DNA from: Octopus sinensis
Taxonomy: Eukaryota
Direction of reading: 5' to 3'
DNA length: 17,496 bases
NCBI RefSeq assembly: GCF_006345805.1
Contig: NW_021824899.1
Location: 1-17,496 of the forward strand
Shown: positions 8,142 through 17,496 of the stretch, piece after piece
Layout: the number at the start of each line of letters is the position of its first letter
How positions within the stretch are numbered: the stretch's first letter is position 1
Position numbers and translations under genes: made by a program
Notes under the pieces: model-generated
The model's database searches: none
What the model was told of the DNA's origin: nothing
The model's input: the letters and a program-made list of their open reading frames with translations, nothing else

Positions 8142-8651
8142 ATATATAACAACAAAGTTAGTTCGACCTTCGACCGTCATAAGGTGTTTTATTACTCAAT
8201 GTTTATATATCACCAGCCTGGATTTGAACCAGGGACTTTAGCTCTAAAAATATGCAAAGTTAATGGTGTACGGAACAAAAATGGTTTATTGGATGAAAAC
8301 GAACTTTTCTAGTTCAAATTCGGTTTGGTAATATGTATACATGTAGGAAGAAAAATATCTGATAAAGATTAATAATAATAGCTGTTTGCGACTAATATAA
8401 CGGGTGAAAAATCTCTCATAATTAAAATGAGGTTAATAGTTTTATCATTATGAAACCTCATTAGGCGCATTAATCTCATTATCTTCCCATCGAGGTCTAA
8501 TTTGCTCATCTCTGCCGGAATTTTATTACTTCATTACTGTGTTTTTAATGTTTCATTTGCCGAATGACTTGTGTTTATCATAATAATCAATGGTTAGATG
8601 TAATCACATGGTCTTGCTATTAAGGTCTGACGTCTGTCTTGTTGAGGTTAC

Positions 8652-8822
8652 TTAACACTAGGTCAGCTCTAACTAAATGGATCTGGGATCAAATTCAGTC
8701 AAATCAGAGGCCAAGCCGATTTTTTTGATAGACCCATAGCATTTTAGGATTATATTATCCAATGTATCCTTCATATCTAAGATGATAGGGTGTGATTTAA
8801 AAGAGATTTGGTTGCTTTTATA
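8652..8822. mobile_element. Old interspersed repeat family D, copy 1
   Basis: Blocks GGTCAGCTCTA, TAGGATTATATTATCCAATGTATCCTT and GTGTGATTTAAAAGAGATTTGGTTGCT are shared with 10547-10710 and 10796-11407. Confidence 0.6.
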
Positions 8823-8849
8823 GATGTATGTGCATATGTAGGAACATAT

Positions 8850-8889
<40 letters not shown>

Positions 8890-8978
8890 CACACATATAT
8901 ATATATATATATACACATATATACAGTATATATACGTGTATATACATGTTTGTATATATGCATATATGTATGTACATG

Positions 8979-9009
<31 letters not shown>

Positions 9010-9060
9010 TTATACATATCGATATATATATATGTATATATATGAATAACATACACATTT
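8850..9060. repeat. (CA)n + degenerate (TA)n microsatellite
   Basis: Directly visible. Confidence 0.92.
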
Positions 9061-9309
9061 CTATATGTATGTACGTTATGTACGTATGGAAATGGTGAGG
9101 GAATCTTCGTTGTTTGGCGATGAGGATTTCGTTGTTCAATGAAGCGAATAACTTGTTTCTGAATTAATGTGTAAGTAGCTGACCATTCCAGAAAAACGTG
9201 TCCTTTTATCATAATTCTCGGGAAAAATCAGCAGTACACTTTGTGTGTATGCACACGCATGCTCGTGTTTATGTATGACATAGTACCCGACAGACACCCG
9301 TAAAATTTC

Positions 9310-9392
9310 CGTTTACCCAAGATACCGTGCTACAGTTCGAAACCGTTAACTTACGGTTACGGAATAAAGCTCTTCACCATGCAGCCGCACTA
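9310..9392 (-). mobile_element. Degenerate B-like SINE head/CORE fragment
   Basis: Minus strand GTGCGGCTGCATGGTGAAGAGCTTTATTCC...GGTTTCGAAC..GCACGGTATCTTGGGTAAAC parallels the family B head GAGTGGCTGTGTGGTAAG...GGTTCAGTC..GCGTGGCACCTTGGGCAAG. Confidence 0.45.
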
Positions 9393-9408
9393 CACTTTCG
9401 CGCTCACG

Positions 9409-9432
9409 TACCTACCTACCTACCTACCTACC
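9409..9432. repeat. (TACC)6 microsatellite
   Basis: Directly visible. Confidence 0.9.
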
Positions 9433-9809
9433 TTGCACAACATTGCACAACATTGATGCAATGCAGAAATGAATTAGTAAATGTAAAGACAGGCGCTGTA
9501 GTAATAACACCAAATGTATTGGAATCAGACCAGGAAAATAATAAATTGCTTCCGATGAGCAAAGTCTGTTCTGGCAGCGACAGAAGGCAAGAAACGGCGT
9601 GCAACAAGGATCAGTTTTTGGAGAGTATTGATGAACAAGTTGTCGCCAGTAATCCGTGTCTTTTCTTAATGTGGTCACTACAACTCTTTTATTGTTGTTT
9701 AGCTCCAGTCCCGCTCTGACCAAGCGCTTTCTGGTACACTATTAACGAAAGGAATTCATAGTTAGTCGCCATCCACACATCTGCTGTTTTAGCTATACCA
9801 TTTTACTCC

Positions 9810-10100
9810 ACTAGCAAGAGAACCATATCTCGCACATTGCGGCATCCAGTAACGGATCTTATGGGTTGCAGTATGAAAGTATGGACAAACAGTCATCTCT
9901 CTACTGTCCTATTTCTGTACTTCTGTAATTATTGAATATATTGACATTTAGTAATAACTTGCAAAGTGTTGGATGACAAGATTGGATTTGATGTAGTCGC
10001 TCCACTGTCCAGTTTATTTCAGTTCTTCCGCAGATGCTGCAAATTAATATTTAACAATGAATCACAAGGGATGATGAGTGACAACCTGAATATGCCGTAG
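9810..10100 (-). mobile_element. Possible very decayed RTE-type LINE ORF2 fragment
   Basis: Minus-strand peptide scraps in order (LRHIQ, QHLRK, QWSDYIKSN, RDDCLSILSY, TGCRNV) loosely follow the RTE post-RT pattern RHI..L..FHQRCLR.IL.I.WSDYVTN...R.ED.RLPK...Y....TG.R; many stops and shifts. Confidence 0.28.
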
Positions 10101-10149
10101 TCTCTCTCTTGTCCAGGCTATTTCTGTTCGCCTGTTATTGCTTTTGTTT

Positions 10150-10533
10150 GTGGAGGCGCAATGGCCCAGTGGTTACGGCAGCGGACTCGCGGTCATAGTA
10201 TCGCGGTTTCGATTCCCAGACCGGGCGTTGTGTGTGTTTATTGAGCGAAAACACCTAAAAGCTCCACGAGGCTCCGGCAGGGGATGGTGGTGATCCCTGC
10301 TGTACTCTTTCACCACAACTTTCTCTCACTCTTTCTTCCTGTTTCTGTTGTACCTGTATTTCAAAGGGCCGGCCTTGTCACTCTCTGTCTCACGCTGAAT
10401 ATCCCCGAGAACTACGTTAAGGGTACACGTCTCTGTGGAGTGCTCAGCCACTTACACGTTAATTTCACGAGCAGGCTGTTCCGTTGATCGGATCATGCGG
10501 AACCCTCGTCGTCGTAACCGACGGAGTGCTTCC
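10150..10533 (+). mobile_element. tRNA-derived SINE family C, full length, 13-bp TSD
   Basis: Head GTGGAGGCGCAATGGCCCAGTGGTTA (A box), GGTTTCGATTCCC (B box); perfect TSD ATTGCTTTTGTTT at 10137-10149 and 10534-10546; homologous to 12545-12912. Confidence 0.94.
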
Positions 10534-10546
10534 ATTGCTTTTGTTT

Positions 10547-10710
10547 ACACGTAAGCCAGCTCTAATCAAGCAAACCCATAATCAAAGGCGTTCTAACCAT
10601 CTTTATTTCAGGGACAATTTATCTAGGATTACATTATCCAATGTTTTCTTTTTAAAACAGGAAAGTGTGATATGAGAGAGATTTGACTGTTATTTCTAAC
10701 TGTCTGAGAA
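10547..10710. mobile_element. Repeat family D, copy 2 (SINE C inserted at its edge)
   Basis: CAGCTCTAATCAAGCAAACCCATAATCAAAGGCGTTC...CTAGGATTACATTATCCAATG...GTGTGATATGAGAGAGATTTGACTG. Confidence 0.65.
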
Positions 10711-10795
10711 ACTTTATTGAATTTCCACAAAAGTGGATGAAATGGCCTTAGACCTGGACAAATGTCGTTCCTTTGAGATTATCTTTCATTGTTAA

Positions 10796-11137
10796 TGTTT
10801 GGCCCCTGGTCAGCCTTGATCGAACTAACCTATGATCAAAGCCGTTCCAGCTGTGACCATTGCATTTTTTTCTTATACGGGGCAAATATTGAACCATACT
10901 GTCCAATGTGTCCTTTTTTAACACTGTACTCTTTTACTCTTTTACTTGTTTCAGTCATGTGACTGTGGCCATGCTGGAGCACCGCCTTTAGTCGAGCAAA
11001 TCGACCCCAGGACTTATTCTTTGCAAACCCAGTACTTATTCTATTGGTCTCTTTTACCGAACCGCCAAGTTGCGGGGACGTGAACACACCAGCATCGGTT
11101 GTCAAGCGATGTTGGGGGAACAAACACAGACACACAA

Positions 11138-11168
<31 letters not shown>

Positions 11169-11407
11169 CATATATACGACGGGCTTCTTTCAGTTTCCGT
11201 CTCCCAAATCCACTCACAAGGCTTTGGTCGGTCCAAGGCCATAGTAGAAGACACTTGCCCAAGGTGCCACGCAGTGGGACTGAACCCAGAACCATGTGGT
11301 TGGTAAGCAAGCTACCTACCACACAGCCACTCCTACTGTAGGATATGAAATAAAGGGCAGTTGGTTGCTGCTTTTAGCAGGTCTGGTGAACACACAGAGG
11401 CTTCCTC
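10796..11407. mobile_element. Repeat family D, copy 3, split by SINE B
   Basis: Left part 10796-10928 (GGTCAGCCTTGATCGAACTAACCTATGATCAAAGCCGTTCC...TCCAATGTGTCCTT) and right part 11341-11407 (GGATATGAAATAAAGGGCAGTTGGTTGCTGCTTTTAGC) join colinearly with copies 1 and 2. Confidence 0.65.
10929..11334 (-). mobile_element. SINE family B, near full length, 6-bp TSD
   Basis: Near-identical to 4196-4610; lacks the first few 5' nt; flanked by ACTGTA at 10923-10928 and 11335-11340. Confidence 0.93.
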
Positions 11408-11940
11408 ATTAGAGATGTCACGCACCTGTAAGTTATTAGATCTCATTACACAGCATTAGGTTAATACGAACCTGTTAACTCTCGGTTCGTTATCTCGCAC
11501 AACAACCGATATAGCCAACTAATGCCACACTAAATGGTTAGTGTAACAATAAGAATGATAGTAGGATATCCGTGATTATGATTAAATTCACAAATACTCC
11601 ACTGAATGTATGTGTACGCAATGTATTCGTCAACGGACAAGGAAAAGAAAGAAAGAGAGAAAGCAAAAACAAAAAGGCCGAAAGCAAACCAAATACCATT
11701 TCCTTTATTCCTATTTATGACAGAAAATATCGTATTGGCCTTTAACAAAATCTGACTGGACACTTGCCAGTGTTTTTGTTATTACCATGTTTTAGCAAAT
11801 ATAGGATATATTATGGTGGCGTATTTTGTTGTGGCGAATTATATAGAGAATTGTCGTTGAGAAAAATGGTATTTATAAGGGCAAGGAAGCGAAGAAATAA
11901 TTTTACTCGAGGGTATCAGTTATATCGATATCGATCTACA

Positions 11941-11980
11941 GTGTGTGTGTGTACGTGTATGTGTGTATGTATACATATAT

Positions 11981-12030
<50 letters not shown>

Positions 12031-12382
12031 TAATGTGTTTTTATCTTTCAATCTATTTATGTACCCATCTATCTGTCTGTATATATGTGCGTAATGTATG
12101 TGAGTATACATATACATATATATGTATGTAAGTATGTATGTATGTATGTATATATGTATATATATATATATTGTATGTATATATATTGTATGTATATATA
12201 TATATATATACACGCACATATATATATATATATGCACACGCATACATATGTATTAAATATATAATGTATATATATATACATAAATATGTATGTGTATATA
12301 TGTATGTATAGATTGTATGTGAATGTATCATGTGTGTATTGATGTGCGCACACACATATATATATACATATATGTATATATA
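11941..12382. repeat. Compound (TG)n/(TA)n/(TATG)n microsatellite
   Basis: Directly visible. Confidence 0.92.
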
Positions 12383-12544
12383 GTATGAAATGAAGCCTTG
12401 TCTCACTTTGCGTTCAAATTATTATAACAAAAGAAATCTGTCGAAAACGGATGTTTCTTGAAAAGAGCAACAGTATTCACTACTATCACAATAACTACTA
12501 CAGCCACTATCGCCGCCACCACAACCACCACATTCACACATCGC

Positions 12545-12912
12545 GGCACTCCGTCGGTTACGACGACGAGGGTTCCAGTTGATCCGATCAACGGAACAGC
12601 TTGCTCGTGAAATTAACGTGCAAGTGGCTGAGAATTCTACAGACACGTGTAGCCTTAACGTAGTTCTCAGGGAGATTCAGCGTGATAAGGCTGGCCCTTT
12701 GAAATACAGGTACGACGGAAACAAGAAGAAAGAGTGAGAGAAAGTTGTGGGGAAAGTGTACAGCAGGGATCACCACCATCCCCTGCTGGAGCCTTGTGGA
12801 GCTTTAGGTGTTTTCGTTCGATAAACACTCACATCATCCGATCTGGTAATCGAAACTGCGATCCTACGTCCACCAGTCCGCTGCCCTAACCACTGGGCCA
12901 TTGCGCCTCCAC
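12545..12912 (-). mobile_element. SINE family C, full length
   Basis: Reverse complement of 10150-10533, from GCACTCCGTCGGTTACGACGACGAGGG to CCATTGCGCCTCCAC, with a short internal deletion near 12685. Confidence 0.93.
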
Positions 12913-12950
12913 ATACATACATACATACATATATACATACATACATACAT

Positions 12951-12982
<32 letters not shown>

Positions 12983-13013
12983 TCATACATACATACATAC
13001 ATACATACATACA

Positions 13014-13047
<34 letters not shown>

Positions 13048-13110
13048 AACTCATGCACATATACACACATACGCGTGCATGCACACAAGCTCAGACAAAC
13101 ACACACACAT
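12913..13110. repeat. (CATA)n/(CA)n microsatellite
   Basis: Directly visible. Confidence 0.93.
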
Positions 13111-13392
13111 TTATATATATGAGTGTAAGCTTGTATTAATGATCCCCCAAGATGACTGAGCTGGATGATTGAGCGGAGAGGACGTCTCCCTGCTGTGCTT
13201 TGCAGAAGTTGGCAAAACCGCAACTGTAATCATCGATCGAGTACGTTGGCATCATTGTTTCCTTCTCAAGTGGCTGTGACAGAAACAGAAATGTACTAGT
13301 TACCTATTGACTGTAAATTGTAGAATAGAAACGGTCCCATCGACAATGAAGGACATCTGTCATGTTTCAGTCTGATACAAATGACACAACGG

Positions 13393-13578
13393 AAGGCAGC
13401 CTGCCGGCAGAATCTTCAACACGCCGGACGAGATGCTTAACGGAATTTCGTCCGTCTTTATGCTCAGAGTTTGAATTCCACCGAGGTAGATTTTTGCCTT
13501 TCGTCCCTTCACGGTCGTTAAAATAACAGCTGACTACTGGAGTCGAAATTGCTGGCCTTGTGCTAAAATTTGATACCA
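13393..13578 (+). mobile_element. SINE family A, diverged, tail type 2
   Basis: AAGGCAGCCTGCCGGCAGAATC...GAGTTTGAATTCCACCGAGGTAGA...GAAATTGCTGGCCTTGTGCTAAAATTTGA; internal deletion before the tail. Confidence 0.8.
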
Positions 13579-13587
13579 GTATAAAAG

Positions 13588-13656
13588 CCACAACCATCAT
13601 AACCACAGCCACTACCAACACTGCCACTACTACCACTAATACCAAAAATAACAACG
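13588..13656. repeat. Degenerate trinucleotide (ACC/ACT/AAC)n
   Basis: Directly visible; explains the poly-Val and poly-Thr ORFs. Confidence 0.75.
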
Positions 13657-14092
13657 CAATCATGGAACGTAAGCAGCCGTCATTAAAATGCTATTGCTGT
13701 AACCGTTCTAAGCTTGATTACATTTTTAAAAAACATTTTTCCTTTTAAATTTCTTATTTTCTTTTGCATCCTGAAGCTAAATTTGGAGAAGCACTATATT
13801 CTAGACGTACATATTCGTAATTATATAGACAGACACTTATTGAGGTTTTGGGCTGGAAAAAGAATAGAGTAATGTCATACTTCAACGGATTTGACATCGC
13901 TTCTTTCATCTCTATATTTTCTGTCTCTTCAATTTCGTTTTATTATTACAATTTCTTTTTTTCATTTTGGACCATCATTCGTCTGAATAAACGCGTGACC
14001 ATAAAACTAGAAGTATGGAGGGTTATTAAGCTTCACCATGACAGCTAATGGAAACCTATAGAGAAATCTGTTCGTCTTTCCTTCAAACGCCC

Positions 14093-14195
14093 ACATACAT
14101 ACATACACATGCACGTACGCACGCACACACACAGACACAACAGCAGGCACTATCACGCTCACACGCACACACGCACACACACACATATACACACA
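14093..14195. repeat. Degenerate (CA)n
   Basis: Directly visible. Confidence 0.8.
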
Positions 14196-14542
14196 GAGTT
14201 ATATATAATAATTTGTTAAAATAATGACTCTTACAAGAGTAGTTCTGTTTTCTTCATTTTTGTAGAATTCATCTCAAAACTATTTGCATCACGGGTTGCA
14301 CTATCTATTATGACCCACTGTGCAGTTTTAATACTTGCCCCTCGGGCTCAAATGTGCATTGATTATGACATTGTGTTGTTCTGTATATATTTTGGAACAA
14401 GTATATATGAAGTTTATGTCTGGTTTTGAATGTATTTTTTGTTAATTCTCTACATTTAAAAAAAAAAAATTTTGTCTGAATATACTATTATTTGCCTACA
14501 TATTTATCCGCGTTTGCAGTTGAACGTTTGTATTTAGTAAAT

Positions 14543-14602
14543 TCTGAGTTGTATCCCATTAAAAATCTACTTTGCTTTTCAGTCTTCCAGGGCTGATACA
14601 GT
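14543..14602 (+). mobile_element. Degenerate family A fragment (B box/core)
   Basis: TTCTGAGTTGTATCCC...TCTACTTTGCTTTTCAGTCTTCCAGGGCTGATA. Confidence 0.45.
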
Positions 14603-14617
14603 TTCATTCATCTTTTT

Positions 14618-14768
14618 CGTCCTGGGTTCAAATTCTGTCGAGGTCGACTTTGCCTTTCATTCTTTCAGGATAAGTACCAGTGACGCACTGGGGTCAGTGT
14701 AATCGGCTAACTCCTTCCTCCAAAATTCAGGCTTTGTGCCTGTAATAGGAAGCATTACCATTATAATA
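14618..14768 (+). mobile_element. SINE family A, 5'-truncated, tail type 1
   Basis: GGGTTCAAATTCTGTCGAGGTCGACTTTGCCTTTCATTC...ATAAGTACCAGTGACGCACTGGGGTC...AAAATTCAGGCTTTGTGCCTGTAATAGGAAG. Confidence 0.8.
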
Positions 14769-14775
14769 AAAAAAC

Positions 14776-14981
14776 GGCAGCGAGCCGGCAGGATCGCTAG
14801 GACACCGGAAAAAATGCTCAGTGGCATTTCGTCCGTCTTTACGCCGAGCTCAACTTTGCCATTCAGCATTTCGAGATCGAAGAAATAGATACCAGTTAAG
14901 CACTAGGGTAGACGTAATCAACTCGCTCCTTTACCATATATTTCAGGTCTTCCGGCTACTGTAGAAGGGATTATTATTATT
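14776..14981 (+). mobile_element. SINE family A, diverged, B box deleted, tail type 1 + (ATT)n
   Basis: GGCAGCGAGCCGGCAGGATCGCTAG...GCATTTCGTCCGTCTTTACG|CCGAG (B-box segment missing)...ATTTCAGGTCTT..GTAGAAGGGATTATTATTATT. Confidence 0.75.
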
Positions 14982-15295
14982 AGAAATTTAAGGTTTTGAG
15001 AAATTCGTCCTTGAAACGAGAATTGGCTAAACCTTGGAGAAGATGCACAGAAGCAGAAAAGCTTTATGATAATGTTAACTATTATTAAGTGTAACAAAAT
15101 ATTAAACATTTACAAATAATGTATCCAAATACACTAAGAATATTTACAGAACCTAAAATTACTATATTCTGGATTGTATCAATGTCTATCCAGACAGGTA
15201 TAGTTGATTATTACTCCGGCTCTGCTAATTACAATATATATATCTTAAAACTTAATTCGGAATAATTTTTCTGCTCATTACTGTACAACATTATT

Positions 15296-15503
15296 GGTTT
15301 CACATTTAGGCACAAGGCCAGCAACTTCGGGGGGGGGGGGGTTAAGTCGATTATATCAACCCCCGCCGTGATCAACTAGTATTTTATTTATCGACTCCGA
15401 AAGAGCGAAAAGCAAAGTCGACCTCACCGGAATTTGAACTCAGCACCTAAAGACGGGTGCTAAGCATTTTTCTCGGTGCGCTAACGATTCTCTCAGCTCA
15501 CCA
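15296..15503 (-). mobile_element. SINE family A, diverged, tail type 2
   Basis: GGTTTCACATTTAGGCACAAGGCCAGCAAC...GGAATTTGAACTCAG...GCTAACGATTCTCTCAGCTCACC; AACATTATTG at 15287-15296 and 15518-15527 is a probable TSD remnant. Confidence 0.85.
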
Positions 15504-15632
15504 ATTTACTTCTGCGTAACATTATTGTCATTTAGTATTGTTATATCGATAGTTTTCCCATATCAGACTTATTACGTATTATCTCATTATCGGTCTTGGA
15601 ACCTGTAATCCTGCTGCTTTAGTATTTAGTTA

Positions 15633-16039
15633 TACTCTTTTTACTCTTTTACTCTCTTACATGTTTCAGTCATTTGACTGCGGCCATGCTGGAGCACCGC
15701 CTTTAGTCGAGCAAATCGACCCCGGGACTTATTCTTTGTAAGCCCAGTACTTATTCTATCGGTCTCTTTTGCCGAACCGCTAAGTTACGGGGACGTAAAC
15801 ACACCAGCATCGGTTGTCAAGCAATGCTAGGGGGACAAACACAGACACACAAACACATACACATACATATACATATATATGCATATATACGACGGGCTTC
15901 TTTCAGTTTCCGTCTACCAAATCCACTCACAAATCTGCTATAGCAGAAGACACTTGCCCAAGATGCCACGCAGTGGGACTGAACCCGGAACCATGTGGTT
16001 GGTAAGCAAGCTACTTACCACACAGCCACTCCTGCGCCT
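15633..16039 (-). mobile_element. SINE family B, full length with small internal deletion
   Basis: Near-identical to the other B copies; GGCTTTGGTCGGCCCGAGG is replaced by a shorter segment near 15933. Confidence 0.93.
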
Positions 16040-16627
16040 ATGTTTGAAATACTATTCGAGTGCATCTTTATGACATTCCTTACTAATAGTTTCTTTATTT
16101 TGTATGTTTCATCTTGCCTAGTGTATTGATTGTTTAATTTTTGCCAATCTGTGTTTGGCGTATTCCACTTATTTCTTTATCTTCATATAGCATGATATTA
16201 CTGTTCTTAACTTCCCTCTCTTCTAGTTTGCTTTGGCGTACTTTGCCATTCTGAATCTCATATCAGTTACTTTAGTAAATCTATGTACTCCTTGCGGACT
16301 GCCCCGCTGCTGGGGATTCTATCTATTTATTTATTATTTATTTCTCTACTTTCTATGATATATCTTCTGTTATATCCTTTAATGTGGTAATATCTCCCCT
16401 TGACTGATGTTGACGCCACATGTTTTTGTGGCTTTTGGAATTTTTTGTTGTTGCTATAACTTGTTCTTCGATATTGTCCTCCATGGGCCCGTGTTTACAA
16501 CACAAATTCGCAAAAATTTTCTGAAAATTCGTAAAACTAAAAATAATTACGAGGGGTTATAATGGGGGTACTGAACCCAGAATCCGCCTATTTTGGCGCA
16601 CGGTGTATATAGAACTGTATTAGCCAA

Positions 16628-16748
16628 AGAGTAAAGCCAGAAACTGAAAGAGTGATTGAATATGGGATACAATGGCAAACAGTGTAGAAGGACCTCTATG
16701 ATCCACTAGAGTAAAGCTCAGAATCTGAAAGAGTGATTGAAGATGGGA
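16628..16748. repeat. ~40-bp direct repeat, 80-bp period
   Basis: AGAGTAAAGCCAGAAACTGAAAGAGTGATTGAATATGGGA (16628-16667) vs AGAGTAAAGCTCAGAATCTGAAAGAGTGATTGAAGATGGGA (16708-16748). Confidence 0.85.
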
Positions 16749-17277
16749 AAAACAACCCTTCACTCATTGCCGAAGGTCAGACCAACAGCATCTTCATCTT
16801 TCTCTACTTTCCATTGAAGGAGAGTCAAAAAAAAAAAAAACCGAAAACAGGTCAGCAACACGTTTCAAAAGGATTTTTCATTCCCCGTTTGAACGCATTC
16901 ATTTCATTCTTCTGTTCATTGAACGTCATCCTTCTTCGTTTTCTACCAACGACAACTTCATCTCCTTTGAAGAGCAAGAGATGGAAACGATAGGCTTCGC
17001 ATTCTTCATTCGAGGCAATTACATCCCTCAATGTTCTACAAAACCATCGGTTATGTCATACAATGCATTATTCATTTTCGAGGGATTACACTGTTCTTTC
17101 TAAAGATCCCGTTGACGGTCCCTCATTTGGAGGCTTTAAAATGGACGTCTTTCAAGTGCTGAGTTTTTAGATACAACGAAGATAAGCTGATAGTTGCGAA
17201 CAAGTGTCGTCATATAAAAATAGCTATTTATAACCCTATATCATTTAGAATTATGAAAATTATGACCGATCAAAAAC

Positions 17278-17447
17278 CACACACACACACACACACAACA
17301 CACACACACAACACACAACACACACACACATATATGTATAGGTGTGTGTGTGTATGTGTGTGGGTGTATATATATATGTATATATATGTATATATGTACA
17401 TATATAAATATATATATATATATAAATATATACATCATACATATATA

Positions 17448-17478
<31 letters not shown>

Positions 17479-17496
17479 AATATATATACATACATA
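17278..17496. repeat. Compound (CA)n/(TG)n/(TA)n microsatellite
   Basis: Directly visible; runs to the window end. Confidence 0.92.

Noticed and set aside
9327-9719. 130-aa GTG-started ORF
   Set aside because: It overlaps a decayed SINE head and the (TACC)n repeat; no recognisable domain.
10150-10218. Genuine tRNA gene (also the family A and B heads)
   Set aside because: A/B boxes continue into repeat bodies with TSDs and multiple copies, and I see no clean cloverleaf; these are SINE heads.
13367-13748. Signal-peptide-like poly-Val and poly-Thr ORFs
   Set aside because: They derive from a trinucleotide repeat plus a family A SINE.
16050-16480. Possible RTE inter-domain fossil on the minus strand (ITEDI, KYAKAN scraps)
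   Set aside because: Similarity is too weak and low-complexity to support by eye.
16480-16610. Possible DNA-transposon subterminal sequence (GGGGGTACTGAACCC...)
   Set aside because: No partner TIR or TSD found in the window.
16853-17060. ~65-codon start-less open frame on the minus strand (...EECEAYRFHLLLFKGDEVVVGRKRRR...) with a possible TTTTGTAG acceptor
   Set aside because: No recognisable homology, weak splice signal, and the length is compatible with chance.

Overview
This is AT-rich, repeat-dense eukaryotic non-coding DNA (intergenic or intronic). The SINE repertoire and dense compound microsatellites strongly resemble octopus (coleoid cephalopod) genomes; that is recognition from memory, not a search result. 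I find no intact protein-coding gene: almost all listed ORFs are microsatellite or SINE artefacts. The window holds ~15 copies or fragments of a tRNA-headed SINE (here 'family A', three alternative tails), three copies of a CORE-like SINE ('B'), two of a third tRNA-SINE ('C') and three of an older repeat ('D'). It also holds a 3' relic of a CR1/L2-group LINE sharing its tail with SINE B, the right end of a Chapaev3-like DNA transposon, a Tc1/mariner-type MITE that captured a SINE B fragment, and an asymmetric inverted-repeat element of Penelope-like architecture. Most interesting: the youngest family-A subtype occurs twice (853-1040, 7219-7443) as a head-less unit with a ~184-bp period and the same tail-to-internal junction AAATACC|TATTTCTTT. 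That breakpoint lies in a hairpin loop of the SINE head, suggesting a circular/concatemeric RNA template or site-specific self-insertion.
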